In this document: positions 27,157 to 37,003 of the stretch, one piece after another
Layout of the letters: each line of letters begins with the position of its first letter
Numbering within the stretch: position 1 is the stretch's first letter
Origin: Betaproteobacteria bacterium
Lineage (GTDB): Bacteria > Pseudomonadota > Gammaproteobacteria > Burkholderiales > SG8-39
DNA length: 45,258 bases
Assembly: GCA_025358705.1 (NCBI GenBank)
Contig: JANYII010000073.1
Location: forward strand, 1 to 45,258
Reading direction: 5' to 3'
Position numbers and translations under genes: made by a program
Notes under the pieces: model-generated
What the model was told of the DNA's origin: nothing
Seen by the model: the letters and a program-made list of their open reading frames with translations, nothing else
Database searches by the model: none

Positions 27157-28377
27157 ATGCTGAAGAAGCGGGACTACACACCACAGGCGCGCGGTTCGCT
27201 GGCCGGGGTGCGCGTGCTTGATCTTTCGCGCCTGGTGGCCGGCAACACGCTGACGCAGCTGCTGGGCGATTTCGGCGCCGAAGTGGTGAAGGTCGAGCCG
27301 CCCGCGGGCGACACGCTGCGCGCCTGGCAGACGAAGGGCGTCGCGACCGATTGGAAACTGTACGCGCGCAACAAGAAGAGCCTGTGCATGGACCTGCGCA
27401 AGCCCGAGGCGCGCGAGCTGCTCCTGAAACTGGTGCCCTCCGCCGCGATCTTCGTCGAGAGTTTTCGTCCCGGGACGCTGGAGGCGATGGAACTCGATCC
27501 GGCCAGGCTCCTGCGGACCAATCCGAAGCTCGTCGTCGTCCGCGTATCGGGTTGGGGCCAGGACGGCCCCTACCGGCGGCGTCCCGGTTTCGGCACGCTG
27601 ATCGAAGGCATGTCCGGCTTCGCGTCGATGAACGGCTTCGGCGACCGCGAGCCGGTGCTGCCGCCGATGTACCTGGCCGATACGATCGCGGGCCTGAACG
27701 GCGCCGCCGCGACGCTGATCGCGTTGCGCGAGGCCGAGCGCGGCGGCAAGGGGCAGGTGATCGACCTGCCGCTGCTCGATCCGCTGTTCGCGACGCTTGG
27801 GCCGCAGGCGGCGAACTACCGCCTGTCGGGCAAGGTCAAGCAGCGTACCGGCAGCCGCTCGACCAACTCCGGGCCGCGCAACGCCTACCGCTGCAAGGAC
27901 GGCCGCTATGTCGGGCTCTCGGCCTCGACGCAGAAGATGGCGGAGCGCGTGCTCCGCTCGATCGGGCGGCCCGAGCTGGTTGACGATCCCCGCTACCGCA
28001 CCAATGCCGGGAGGGTGAAGCACGCCGAGGAACTGGACGCCATCATCGGCACCTTCATCGCCGCGCGCACCCAGGCCGAGAACGTGGCCTTCTTCGAGAA
28101 GGCCGAAGTCACCATCGGCCCGATCTACGACATCACGCAAATCCTCGAGGACCCGCACGTGATCGAGCGCGAGCTGCTGGCGGACTATCCGGACGCGGAC
28201 ATGGAGTCCTTCCCGATGCATCATGTGGTGCCGCGGCTGTCGGAGACGCCGGGTTCCATCCGCACGCCGGCCCCGAAACTGGGCCAGCATAACGAGGAGA
28301 TCCTGAAATCCCTTGGATTGAATGTTTCGGAAATAAAAAACCTGAAAGAAAAAGGCATCGTCGCCGGTGAAACCTGA
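27157..28377 (+). CDS. Family III acyl-CoA transferase (CaiB/BaiF/Frc family)
   Basis: GVRVLDLSRLVAGNTLTQLLGDFGAEVVKVEPP N-terminal signature and the YLADTIAG catalytic Asp region. 406 aa. Confidence 0.9.
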   Translation: MLKKRDYTPQARGSLAGVRVLDLSRLVAGNTLTQLLGDFGAEVVKVEPPAGDTLRAWQTKGVATDWKLYARNKKSLCMDLRKPEARELLLKLVPSAAIFVESFRPGTLEAMELDPARLLRTNPKLVVVRVSGWGQDGPYRRRPGFGTLIEGMSGFASMNGFGDREPVLPPMYLADTIAGLNGAAATLIALREAERGGKGQVIDLPLLDPLFATLGPQAANYRLSGKVKQRTGSRSTNSGPRNAYRCKDGRYVGLSASTQKMAERVLRSIGRPELVDDPRYRTNAGRVKHAEELDAIIGTFIAARTQAENVAFFEKAEVTIGPIYDITQILEDPHVIERELLADYPDADMESFPMHHVVPRLSETPGSIRTPAPKLGQHNEEILKSLGLNVSEIKNLKEKGIVAGET

Positions 28378-29275
28378 TCTCCCTGTCTGGCGCTCGCTGA
28401 TGTACGTGCCAGTGAACGTCGAGAAGTATGTCGACAAGGCGCATGCGCGCGGCGCCGACTGTATCCAGCTCGACCTCGAGGACAGCGTTCCGGCCTCGCA
28501 GAAGGACGCGGCGCGCAAGCTCGTGCCGGCGGCGGCCCAGCGCGTGCGGCGCGGTGGCGGCGACGTCGTGGTGCGCATCAACAGTCCCTACGAGGTCACG
28601 GTGAAGGACCTCGATGCGTCGATCTGCGGGGAAGTCGACGGCATCGCGATCACCAAGGCGCAAGGCGCCGAGCATGTGAAGCGGATCGACGACCTGATTT
28701 CGGAGCTTGAATTGAAGCGCGGGCTACGGCCCGGGCACACCCGGCTCATCGCGATGGTCGAGACGCCGGCGGCTTTCTTCCAGATGCCCGCGATTGCGCA
28801 ATCGAGCGCGCGGCTCGTGGCGATGAACATCGGCGGCGAGGATTTCGCGCTGGAAAACGGCATGGAGCCGACCGAAGAGACACTGCTCATGCCCAAGCAG
28901 CAGATGATATTCGCCGCGCGCTCGGGCGGCCTGATGCCGCTAGGCTTCATCGCCAGCGTGGCCGCCTTTGGCGACTGGGACGCCTTCGGCAGCATGGTGC
29001 GGCGCTCGCGCCAGTTCGGCTTCATGGGCGCGGGCTGCATCCACCCGGGCCAGGTGCCGATCGTGAACCGCGAGTACTCCCCTTCGGCTGAAGAAGCCGC
29101 CTTTGCGCGCCGCGTCATCGAGGAGAACGACAAGGCCGAAGCGGGCGGGCGCGCCTCGTTCGCCATCGACGGCAAGATGATCGACGTGCCGGTAGTCGAA
29201 CGCGCGCGCCGGCTGCTCGCGCGGCTCGCGGCGATCGAGGCGCGGGAAGCGAAAAAACGCGCCGTCTCAGTGTAA
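28367..29275 (+). CDS. HpcH/HpaI aldolase / citrate-lyase beta (CitE)-like acyl-CoA lyase
   Basis: RSLMYVPV, CIQLDLEDSV and AMVETP motifs. 302 aa. Overlaps the CoA-transferase gene by 11 nt. Confidence 0.85.
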   Translation: MKPDLPVWRSLMYVPVNVEKYVDKAHARGADCIQLDLEDSVPASQKDAARKLVPAAAQRVRRGGGDVVVRINSPYEVTVKDLDASICGEVDGIAITKAQGAEHVKRIDDLISELELKRGLRPGHTRLIAMVETPAAFFQMPAIAQSSARLVAMNIGGEDFALENGMEPTEETLLMPKQQMIFAARSGGLMPLGFIASVAAFGDWDAFGSMVRRSRQFGFMGAGCIHPGQVPIVNREYSPSAEEAAFARRVIEENDKAEAGGRASFAIDGKMIDVPVVERARRLLARLAAIEAREAKKRAVSV

Positions 29276-29288
29276 AATTTTTATTCCT

Positions 29289-30311
29289 ATGGACAAAACA
29301 CTACTCGCAAAAACCGCGGCCGCCATGGTCGCCAGGGGCAAGGGCGTTCTCGCCGCCGACGAATCCGCTGGCACCTGCGAAACGCGCTTCAAGACGATCA
29401 ACACCGCGTGTACCGAGGAGAGCCGCCGCGCTTACCGCGGGCTGCTTTTCACCACGCCCGGCGCCGAGCAGTTCATCTCCGGCGTGATCCTGTACGACGA
29501 AACCATCCGCCAGAAGACCGACGGCGGCGTGCTGTTTCCGGACTACATGGCGAAGAAAGGCATCCTCCCGGGCATCAAGGTGGATACCGGCGCGAAGAAT
29601 CTCGCGCTGTGCCCCGGTGAGAAGGTCACCGAGGGGCTGGACGGCTTGCGCGAGCGCCTTGCGGCGTACTTCAAGCTTGGTGCGCGCTTTGCCAAGTGGC
29701 GCGCGGTGATCACCATCGGCGATGGCATCCCCAGCCACGCCTGCCTCTATGCGAACGCGCATGCGCTCGCGCGCTACGCGGCGTTGTGCCAGGAAGCCTC
29801 CATCGTGCCGATGATCGAGCCCGAGGTGCTGCTGGACGGCGGCCATACCATCGAGCGCTGCGAGGAAGTGAGCGAGGCGGCCTTGCGCGCGACCTACGCC
29901 GCGCTCTCCGCGCACAACGTTTCCGTCGAGCACCTTATCCTCAAGGCGAGCATGGTGGTGTCGGGCAAGACCTGCGCGCGCCAGGCGGGCGTGGACGAAG
30001 TGGCCGAGCGCACTCTGCGGGTATTGAAGCGCACCGTACCGGCTTCGCAGCCGGGCGTGGTGTTCCTTTCCGGCGGCCAGTCGGACGTCTCGGCGACCGC
30101 GCACCTGAACGCCATGGCGTCGATGAAGGGCCTGCCCTGGCCGCTGACGTTCTCGTATTCGCGCGCGCTGCAGAATCCGGCGCTGAACGCCTGGAAGGGC
30201 CAGGGTGCCAATGCCGTCGCGGCGCAGCGCGCGTTCCACCACCGCGCGCAGATGAACGGCCTCGCGGCGCAGGGCAAATGGAAGCCCGAACTCGAAAAGC
30301 AGGCGGCCTGA
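29289..30311 (+). CDS. fba: Fructose-bisphosphate aldolase, class I
   Basis: [50 protein letters not shown] and FLSGGQS are class I FBA hallmarks. 340 aa. Confidence 0.9.
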   Translation: MDKTLLAKTAAAMVARGKGVLAADESAGTCETRFKTINTACTEESRRAYRGLLFTTPGAEQFISGVILYDETIRQKTDGGVLFPDYMAKKGILPGIKVDTGAKNLALCPGEKVTEGLDGLRERLAAYFKLGARFAKWRAVITIGDGIPSHACLYANAHALARYAALCQEASIVPMIEPEVLLDGGHTIERCEEVSEAALRATYAALSAHNVSVEHLILKASMVVSGKTCARQAGVDEVAERTLRVLKRTVPASQPGVVFLSGGQSDVSATAHLNAMASMKGLPWPLTFSYSRALQNPALNAWKGQGANAVAAQRAFHHRAQMNGLAAQGKWKPELEKQAA

Positions 30312-31198
30312 TGGCGCTCTACGAATCGAATCTCAAGAGCCTCAAGCGTATCGGCAAGGGCAAGGTGCGCGACATCTACGCCGTCGGCGACGACAAGATG
30401 ATGATCGTCGTGTCGGACCGCCTGTCGGCCTTCGACGTGGTGCTGTCCGATCCCATCCCGGACAAGGGCCAGGTGCTCACCGAGCTCGCGAACTTCTGGT
30501 TCGGCAAGCTCGGCCACGTGGTGCCCAACCACCTCACCGGGATCGATCCGGAAACCGTGGTGAAGGGCGAGGATGAGAAGGCGCAGGTGCGCGGCCGCGC
30601 CATCGTGGTGAAGAAGCTGAAGCCGCTGCCGGTGGAAGCCGTGGTGCGCGGTTACATCATCGGCTCGGGCTGGAAGGACTACCAGGCGAGCGGCGCCATC
30701 TGCGGCATCAAGCTCGCGCCCGGCCTCAAGCAGGCGCAGAAGCTGCCGGAGCCGATCTTCACGCCGGCGACCAAGGCGGAAAGCGGCCACGACGAAAACA
30801 TCTCCTTCGAGCGCATGTGCGAGATCGTCGGCAAGGACGTTGGCGACAAAGTGAAGGCGATCAGCATCCGGCTCTACAAGGAAGCCTCGGACTTCGCGGC
30901 GACCAAGGGCATCATCATCGCGGACACCAAATTCGAGTTCGGCCTGGACGGCAAGGGCAACGTGGTCCTGATCGACGAGGTGCTGACCGCTGATTCGTCG
31001 CGCTTCTGGCCGGCGGACCAGTACCAGGTCGGCATTTCGCCGCCGTCCTACGACAAGCAGTTCGTGCGCGACTACCTGGAGACGCTCGACTGGGACAAGA
31101 CGCCGCCGGCGCCGAAACTTCCTGCCGATGTCATTGCCCGCACCTCCGCGAAGTATCGCGAAGCCCTTGAAAAAATCGCCGGAAAGAAAATCGCATGA
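30311..31198 (+). CDS. purC: Phosphoribosylaminoimidazole-succinocarboxamide (SAICAR) synthase
   Basis: [18 protein letters not shown] and [10 protein letters not shown] motifs. 295 aa long form. The ATG shares one nt with the fba stop (TGATG). Confidence 0.9.
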   Translation: MALYESNLKSLKRIGKGKVRDIYAVGDDKMMIVVSDRLSAFDVVLSDPIPDKGQVLTELANFWFGKLGHVVPNHLTGIDPETVVKGEDEKAQVRGRAIVVKKLKPLPVEAVVRGYIIGSGWKDYQASGAICGIKLAPGLKQAQKLPEPIFTPATKAESGHDENISFERMCEIVGKDVGDKVKAISIRLYKEASDFAATKGIIIADTKFEFGLDGKGNVVLIDEVLTADSSRFWPADQYQVGISPPSYDKQFVRDYLETLDWDKTPPAPKLPADVIARTSAKYREALEKIAGKKIA

Positions 31199-31683
31199 AA
31201 CCAGTGGTTGGAATCGTGATGGGATCGGCCTCCGACTGGGAGACCATGAAGCCCGCGGCCAAGATCCTCGAAGAGTTCGGCATCGCCTATGAAGCCAAGG
31301 CGATGTCGGCGCACCGCACGCCGGCGGCCGTCATGGCGTGGACCGGCGCGGCGAAGTCGAACGGCATGAAGGTCATCATCGCCGCGGCTGGCGGTGCCGC
31401 GCACCTCGCAGGCGTAGTCGCGGCGCACACCACCATCCCGGTGCTGGGCGTACCGATGCCATCCAAGCATCTCGGCGGCCTGGACTCGCTGCTCTCAACG
31501 GTGCAGATGCCCAAGGGCATTCCGGTGGCGACGCTCGCGATCGGCGAAGCGGGTTCGGCCAACGCTGCGTTGTTTGCTGTCGCGATTCTTGCTTTGTCTG
31601 ACGCCTCGATAGATAAAAAACTTCAGGAGTTCAGGGCAATGCAAACGGACGCGGTACTCAAAGCGCCGCCGCTGAAGCTGTGA
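31195..31683 (+). CDS. purE: 5-(carboxyamino)imidazole ribonucleotide mutase (class I PurE)
   Basis: [17 protein letters not shown] and [14 protein letters not shown] motifs. 162 aa. ATGA overlap with purC. Confidence 0.9.
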   Translation: MKPVVGIVMGSASDWETMKPAAKILEEFGIAYEAKAMSAHRTPAAVMAWTGAAKSNGMKVIIAAAGGAAHLAGVVAAHTTIPVLGVPMPSKHLGGLDSLLSTVQMPKGIPVATLAIGEAGSANAALFAVAILALSDASIDKKLQEFRAMQTDAVLKAPPLKL

Positions 31684-32606
31684 ATTCGGAGGTCCGCCAC
31701 GCGGCGCAGGTCCTGCGCGCGGGCGGACTGGTCGCTTTTCCCACTGAAACCGTTTATGGCCTGGGCGCGAACGCGTCCAGCGCCGAAGCCGTCGCGCGAC
31801 TGTACGCGGCCAAGGGCCGTCCGGCAGACCATCCAGTTATCGTCCATTTCGCGAGTGCACAGGGCGCGTTCGAATTCGCCAGGGAGATCCCGGCCGAGGC
31901 GCGCAAGCTCGCCGAACGGTTCTGGCCGGGACCGTTGACGATGGTGCTGAAGCGTTCGCCGAAGGCGAAGGATTTCGTCACCGGCGGCCAGGACAGCGTC
32001 GGCCTCCGAGTGCCTTCGCATCCAGTGGCGCAGGCGCTGCTGCGCGAATTCGACGGCGGCGTGGCGGCGCCTTCCGCGAACCGCTTCGGCAATGTCAGCG
32101 CCACGACCGCCGCGCACGTCGTCGAAGAACTGGACGTGGAGTTCGTGCTGGATGGCGGCCCATCCGAAGTCGGCATCGAATCGACGATTGTCGACCTGAC
32201 TTCCGGCGTTGCCCTGCTTCGTCCCGGAAGAATTTCCCGCGAGGAGATCGAAAAGTTCCTTCAAGTCAAAGTCAAAAGCCCAGATTCCTCGTCTCCCCGC
32301 CATTCGGGCGGCCTCGAGCGCCACTACGCGCCGAAAACGCCCGCGCTGCTGCTGCCGCCGCACGAACTGGATGCCGAAGTCGCAAAACGCGGCGACACGG
32401 TGGCGGTCCTCGCTTTCTCCAAGCCGGACGAGCGCGTCGACAACTGGATCCGCATGCCGCGGGAGCCGCATGGCTATGCGCAGCGGCTGTACGCGGCCCT
32501 GCGCGAGTTGGACGGCGCAGGATGCGAGACAATACTCATCGAGTCACCACCGGACACGACGGAATGGACCGCGGTAAAAGATCGATTGACGCGCGCGGCC
32601 GGCTAG
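31680..32606 (+). CDS. tsaC: L-threonylcarbamoyladenylate synthase, long Sua5/YwlC type (YrdC plus Sua5 domains)
   Basis: FPTETVYGLGANA, KGRPADHPVIVH, GVAAPSANRFG and a roughly 100-aa C-terminal Sua5 domain. GTGA overlap with purE. Confidence 0.85.
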   Translation: MNSEVRHAAQVLRAGGLVAFPTETVYGLGANASSAEAVARLYAAKGRPADHPVIVHFASAQGAFEFAREIPAEARKLAERFWPGPLTMVLKRSPKAKDFVTGGQDSVGLRVPSHPVAQALLREFDGGVAAPSANRFGNVSATTAAHVVEELDVEFVLDGGPSEVGIESTIVDLTSGVALLRPGRISREEIEKFLQVKVKSPDSSSPRHSGGLERHYAPKTPALLLPPHELDAEVAKRGDTVAVLAFSKPDERVDNWIRMPREPHGYAQRLYAALRELDGAGCETILIESPPDTTEWTAVKDRLTRAAG

Positions 32607-32911
32607 CGGCGTTCCTTCTGATGCCGCTGCTTGTCGCGGGCTGCGGCGGAAATTCCAATATCCAGTTTTCCTCCGGCGGCCCGCCGCAGTCCGCCGTGGC
32701 CGGCGGCAGCACGGTAAGCGTGCAAGGCGGCACGACCGTTGGCGCTCTCATCGCCGCCGGCATCCTGGCGGGAGCTTCCTTCCGGCGCGAACGCGAGCGC
32801 GACCTGCCCCTGTTCATGCGCGTGCCGGACCCCGATCCTTCGCGCCGCGTCGTCGAGCAGGATTGCACCAAGCCGATCGAAGACACATCGGCCAACCTGA
32901 AGTGCCGTTGA
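32564..32911 (+). CDS. Hypothetical small lipoprotein with a glycine-zipper segment
   Basis: MDRGKRSIDARGRLAAFLLMPLLVAG-C is a signal peptide with lipobox LVAGC. A Gly/Ala zipper follows (GGTTVGALIAAGILAGA). The start is uncertain; this choice overlaps the tsaC 3' end by 43 nt. Confidence 0.5.
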   Translation: MDRGKRSIDARGRLAAFLLMPLLVAGCGGNSNIQFSSGGPPQSAVAGGSTVSVQGGTTVGALIAAGILAGASFRRERERDLPLFMRVPDPDPSRRVVEQDCTKPIEDTSANLKCR

Positions 32912-32934
32912 CCTAGACTTTCGGCAGGAACACG

Positions 32935-34464
32935 CTAAGCGTGTTGGGGCCCTGGTTTTCCGTCTTCGACGACGAAACGCGCGAGCACTTCGACGTTCGA
33001 TTCCGGCTTCTTCACGGTTTCCACGCCCATCATCTCCGCGGTGAGGCGCTTGCCAGAGATGCTTGCCCGCACGTAACCGCGGCGGTCGCCATTGGCGTAT
33101 TTCAGGTGCGGATTCTCGGCCAGCACCGCAGGCAGGTTCTTCACCCAGCCGCCGGGCGGCGAAGTGATGGCGGTGCCGACGAACTCACTCGCCACTACGG
33201 TGGATGCCGGATCGTCGAAGTCGAGCTTCAGGTCGGCGGCGAAATGCATGTGCACGTCGCCGCTGATGACCACGGGATTCGCGGGCCGGCGCGTGGCGAC
33301 GGACTCGAGGAAGCGGCGGCGCGCGGCGGGATATCCGTCCCAGCTGTCGGTCCAGACCGTCTTCGCTCCTTCCGGTCCCGATTTGCGCTGCGCCATCAGC
33401 ACAGGCTGCGCGATGATGTTCCAGGCAGTACGCGAGCCGGCGAGCTGGCGGTCGATCCAGGTTTCCTGCGTTTCGCCCAACATCGTGCGCGAAGGAACCT
33501 GCAGTTCGGCGCACTGGCGCGGATCGACTTCATTCCCGCCGCCCGCCTTGCGCGGGCAGGCGTGCGGCGAACGGTACTGGCGGCCGTCCAGCAGGTGGAT
33601 GCTGGCCAGGCTGCCCCAGGCCCAGCTGCCATAGATCTGCATCGCCGGACCGTTGGGCCGCATGCGCGCGGGGAGCGGCATGTGCTCGTAGTACGCGCGG
33701 TAGGCCGCAGCGCGGCGCAGCAGGAATTCCTCCGGCGGCGCGCCGTCTTCCTGCCGGTCGTTGGCGTAGTCGTTGTCGACCTCGTGGTCGTCCCAGGTCG
33801 CGAGCCAGGGACAGGCGTGGTGCGCCGACTGCAGGTCCTTGTCCGCCTTGTACAGCGCATAGCGCGCGCGGTATTCCTCGACGGTGACGGGTTCCTCGGC
33901 GCGCTCGTGCAGGCGCACCTGGTTGCGGCGCAAATTGGATTCGTAGATGTAGTCGCCGAGGAAGAGGATGAGGTCCGGGTCGTCGGCGACCATGTGCCGG
34001 TAGGACGTGTAGTAGCCCTGCTCGTAGTGCTGGCAGGAGGCGAACGCAAAGCGCAGGCGCGGCGCGACTGCCTGGGCTGCCGGCGCGGTGCGAGTGCGGC
34101 CGATCGGGCTGACGGCGTTGCCGGCGCGAAACCGGTACCAGTACCATCGGTCTGGGCGCAGGCCGCGCGGCTCGACGTGCACGGAATGCGCCCAGTCGGG
34201 ACGCGCCAGATCCTCCCCCTTCGCGACGATCCTGCGCATAGCTTCATCGGCAGCGACTTCCCAGCGCACCGGGATTTCGACCGGACCGAAATCACCTGCG
34301 AGTCGCGTCCAAAGCACCATGCCGCCGGGCTGCGGGTAGCCCGATGCGACGCCGAGGCTGAAGGGGTCGTGCTCAAAGCGTGGACGCGGCTGCGCGTGAA
34401 CCCGCATCGAATGCGAAACACCGAGCGCGGCAAGGGCCTGCAGGAAGCGGCGGCGGTCGAACAT
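32935..34464 (-). CDS. phoD: Alkaline phosphatase D (PhoD) family, Tat-exported
   Basis: Start MFDRRRFLQALAALGV carries a twin-arginine motif. PhoD core motifs FASCQHYEQGYY, FLGDYIYE and WDDHEVDNDY. 509 aa. The upstream 67 codons of the track ORF were rejected. Confidence 0.9.
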   Translation of the reverse strand: MFDRRRFLQALAALGVSHSMRVHAQPRPRFEHDPFSLGVASGYPQPGGMVLWTRLAGDFGPVEIPVRWEVAADEAMRRIVAKGEDLARPDWAHSVHVEPRGLRPDRWYWYRFRAGNAVSPIGRTRTAPAAQAVAPRLRFAFASCQHYEQGYYTSYRHMVADDPDLILFLGDYIYESNLRRNQVRLHERAEEPVTVEEYRARYALYKADKDLQSAHHACPWLATWDDHEVDNDYANDRQEDGAPPEEFLLRRAAAYRAYYEHMPLPARMRPNGPAMQIYGSWAWGSLASIHLLDGRQYRSPHACPRKAGGGNEVDPRQCAELQVPSRTMLGETQETWIDRQLAGSRTAWNIIAQPVLMAQRKSGPEGAKTVWTDSWDGYPAARRRFLESVATRRPANPVVISGDVHMHFAADLKLDFDDPASTVVASEFVGTAITSPPGGWVKNLPAVLAENPHLKYANGDRRGYVRASISGKRLTAEMMGVETVKKPESNVEVLARFVVEDGKPGPQHA

Positions 34465-34501
34465 GCGAATAGAATAACGGGTTCTTGTGACGGAGATTTG
34501 A

Positions 34502-34783
34502 ATGATCCATTTCGTCGTGCATGAAGAAGGCGATGGCGTCGGCGTCGTCGTGGTCGAGGGCGTAAAGGCGGGCCAGGACCTGGTCGGCTGGATCATGGAG
34601 GACGACAAGGAGATCAAGATGACCGCGAAGAGCGACATCCCGATCGGCCACAAGCTGGCACTCAAGGACTACAAGCCGGGCGACACGGTGATCAAGTACG
34701 GCGTCGACATCGGCAAGGTGGTGGCGCCGATCGCGCGCGGCGAGCACACGCACGTGCAGAACCTCAAAACCAAGCGCTGGTAA
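34502..34783 (+). CDS. UxaA-family dehydratase small subunit (SAF domain; SuyA-like)
   Basis: GGAG lies 6 nt upstream. 93 aa. GDGVGVV...[42 protein letters not shown] matches the N-terminal SAF domain of altronate/galactarate dehydratases. Confidence 0.8.
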   Translation: MIHFVVHEEGDGVGVVVVEGVKAGQDLVGWIMEDDKEIKMTAKSDIPIGHKLALKDYKPGDTVIKYGVDIGKVVAPIARGEHTHVQNLKTKRW

Positions 34784-34806
34784 CGGAAGACGGAAGAAAA
34801 ACGCAC

Positions 34807-35976
34807 ATGGATCTGAAGAATTCGACGTTCTGGGGTTACAAGCGCGAGAACGGCCGCATCGGCGTGCGCAACCACGTTATCGTCCTGCCGGTAGACGACT
34901 TGTCCAACGCGGCCGCCGAGGCGGTGGCCCACAACATCAAGGGCACGCTCGCCATCCCGCACCCGTACGGCCGGCTGCAGTTCGGCGCCGACCTGGACTT
35001 GCACTTCAGCACGCTGATCGGCACCGGCTGCAACCCGAACGTGGCGGCGGTGGTGGTGATCTGCATCGAGGACGGCTGGGCGAAGAAGGTGGCCGACGCC
35101 ATCGCCGCCACCGGCAAGCCGGTCGCCTATTTCGGCATCGAGCAGCACGGCGACCACGACACCATCATGCGCGCCTCGAAGAAGGCCAAGGAATTCGTGC
35201 AGTGGGCCTCCGAGCTGCGCCGCGAGGAGCGGCCCCTGAAGGACCTGTGGGTATCGACCAAGTGCGGCGAATCGGATACGACCTCCGGCTGCGGCGCGAA
35301 CCCGACCGTGGGCAACGCGTTCGACAAGCTCTACCCGCACAAGGTGACGCTCGCTTTCGGCGAGACCACCGAGCTCACCGGTGGCGAGCACCTGGTGGCG
35401 GCGCGCTGCGCCAACGACGAGGTGCGGAAAAAGTTCCAGTTCATGTTCGACCGCTACCAGGCGATCATCGAGAAGCACAAGACCAGCGACCTCTCGGATT
35501 CGCAGCCGACCAAGGGCAACATCGCCGGCGGCCTGACGACCATCGAGGAGAAAGCGCTCGGCAACATCCAGAAAATCGGCCGCAAGTGCAAGGTCGACGG
35601 CGTGCTCGACAAGCATGAGCGGCCCACGGGTCCCGGCCTGTGGTTCATCGACTCGTCCTCCGCGGCGGCGGAAATGGTCACGCTGTGCGCGGCGGCCGGC
35701 TATACGGTGCACTTCTTCCCGACGGGGCAGGGCAACGTCATCGGCAACCCGATCCTGCCGAACATCAAGATCTGCGCGAATCCGCGTACCGTGCGGACCA
35801 TGTCCGAGCATGTCGACGTGGACGTCTCGGGCCTGCTGCGCAAGGAAATGAACCCCGACCAGGCGGGCGACGCACTGCTGGAATGCATGTTCCGCACCGC
35901 CAACGGCAGGCTCACTGCAGCGGAAGCGCTTGGGCATCGGGAATTCGTGCTTACCAGGTTGTACGAGTCGGCTTGA
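34807..35976 (+). CDS. UxaA-family dehydratase large subunit (SuyB-like catalytic domain)
   Basis: 389 aa. [19 protein letters not shown] and [15 protein letters not shown] are typical of the UxaA/GarD C-terminal domain. Follows the SAF subunit after 23 nt. Confidence 0.85.
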   Translation: MDLKNSTFWGYKRENGRIGVRNHVIVLPVDDLSNAAAEAVAHNIKGTLAIPHPYGRLQFGADLDLHFSTLIGTGCNPNVAAVVVICIEDGWAKKVADAIAATGKPVAYFGIEQHGDHDTIMRASKKAKEFVQWASELRREERPLKDLWVSTKCGESDTTSGCGANPTVGNAFDKLYPHKVTLAFGETTELTGGEHLVAARCANDEVRKKFQFMFDRYQAIIEKHKTSDLSDSQPTKGNIAGGLTTIEEKALGNIQKIGRKCKVDGVLDKHERPTGPGLWFIDSSSAAAEMVTLCAAAGYTVHFFPTGQGNVIGNPILPNIKICANPRTVRTMSEHVDVDVSGLLRKEMNPDQAGDALLECMFRTANGRLTAAEALGHREFVLTRLYESA

Positions 35977-36668
35977 AGGTTTTAGTAAAAAGAAATTCAG
36001 CTTTTCAGGAATTCGAGGTCCCGCGCTATCCCAGCCAGACCGTGCTGGATGTCGTTACCTACATCCAGCGCGTCCTCGATCCGACGCTCGCCTACCGCTT
36101 CGCCTGCCGCGTCGGCATGTGCGGTTCCTGTGCGATGACGGTGAACGGCGTCGCGCGCTGGACCTGCCGTACGCACGTCGACAAGGTCGTCAAGAGCGAC
36201 CAGATGGAGATCGCGCCGTTGCGCAATCTGCCGGTGATCCGGGATCTCGTCACGGACATGCGCGAGTTCTTTGACAAGTGGGCTAAGGCGAAGGGGCAGT
36301 TCTCCGGTTCGCTTACGAAGAAGGAAGACTTTCAGAAAGTGAAACCGGATTCACCCAAGCGCGTCGCGGTGGATGCGGGCATCGAGTGCATCGGCTGCGC
36401 GGTCTGCTACAGTTCCTGCGACGTGGTCGCGCAGAATCCGGAGTATCTCGGGCCGGCGGCGCTGAATCGCGCCTGGACTTTGGTGAAAGATGAAAGAGAT
36501 TCGATAACCATCGAAAGACTGCGCGCGGTGGCCGGCGACGCGGGCTGCCACTCCTGCCATACGCATATGAGCTGCACCGAACATTGCCCGAAGCAGATTT
36601 CCCCGACCGCCGCCATTGCCGGATTGAAGAGGGAAGTGTCTATGGCTTTGTTCAGAAAAATCTTGTGA
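35973..36668 (+). CDS. Succinate dehydrogenase/fumarate reductase iron-sulfur subunit-like (SdhB-like paralogue)
   Basis: TTG start in a TTGA overlap with the upstream stop. Three cluster motifs: [15 protein letters not shown]...C (2Fe-2S), [11 protein letters not shown] (4Fe-4S) and [15 protein letters not shown] (3Fe-4S type). 231 aa. Confidence 0.85.
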   Translation: MKVLVKRNSAFQEFEVPRYPSQTVLDVVTYIQRVLDPTLAYRFACRVGMCGSCAMTVNGVARWTCRTHVDKVVKSDQMEIAPLRNLPVIRDLVTDMREFFDKWAKAKGQFSGSLTKKEDFQKVKPDSPKRVAVDAGIECIGCAVCYSSCDVVAQNPEYLGPAALNRAWTLVKDERDSITIERLRAVAGDAGCHSCHTHMSCTEHCPKQISPTAAIAGLKREVSMALFRKIL

Positions 36669-37003
36669 ATGTAAGGGCGCAGGCCATCCTCTGGACTGCC
36701 CAGCGCGCGAGTGCCGCGGTGCTCGGGCTTTGCGTGCTTGTGCACCTCGCGACCATGATCTATGCGGTGCGCGGCGGCTTGACGGCGGCGGAGATTCTGA
36801 CCCGCACTCACGGTAGCGTTGCCTGGTTCGCGTTCTATTCGGTATTCGTGCTGGCCATCGTGGTGCACGTGCCGATCGGCCTGCGTTCGGTGCTCGGCGA
36901 GTGGCTTGCATGGCGTAGTCCGTCGCGGGACTGGGCGCTGGCGGTATTGGCCGGATTCCTGTGGACGATGGGCATGCGCGCCGTCCTGGCGGTGTTTGGA
37001 TGA
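36665..37003 (+). CDS. SdhD-like hydrophobic membrane anchor subunit
   Basis: GTGA overlap. 112 aa with three helices. QRASAAVL and VVHVPIGLRSVLGEW align with E. coli SdhD LVRATAIVL and LIHAWIGMWQVLTDY (heme-ligand His). Confidence 0.75.
   Translation: MNVRAQAILWTAQRASAAVLGLCVLVHLATMIYAVRGGLTAAEILTRTHGSVAWFAFYSVFVLAIVVHVPIGLRSVLGEWLAWRSPSRDWALAVLAGFLWTMGMRAVLAVFG

Noticed and set aside
26194-28581. A 795-aa minus-strand ORF antisense to the second Bug gene and the CoA-transferase.
   Set aside because: Arg/Ala/Gly/His-rich with no motifs. It overlaps two strongly supported plus-strand genes. High-GC antisense artefact.
31195-32606. A missing purK after purE. A class I PurE normally needs PurK, which is often adjacent, but here tsaC follows purE with a GTGA overlap.
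   Set aside because: purK is frequently encoded elsewhere. Absence from a 45-kb window is not evidence of absence from the genome.
34465-34501. A possible Pho box upstream of phoD (CCGTCAcaagaacCCGTTA on the minus strand).
   Set aside because: The half-site spacing is 13 nt rather than 11 nt, and the half-sites match the TGTCA consensus poorly. Not supportable without comparative data.
36961-36999. An upstream extension of the SdhC::Bug ORF (MDDGHARRPGGVW...) suggested by the track start at 36961.
   Set aside because: It lies entirely inside the sdhD-like gene in another frame. ATG 37000 forms an ATGA overlap with that gene's stop and gives an SdhC-like N-terminus, so the extension is unnecessary.
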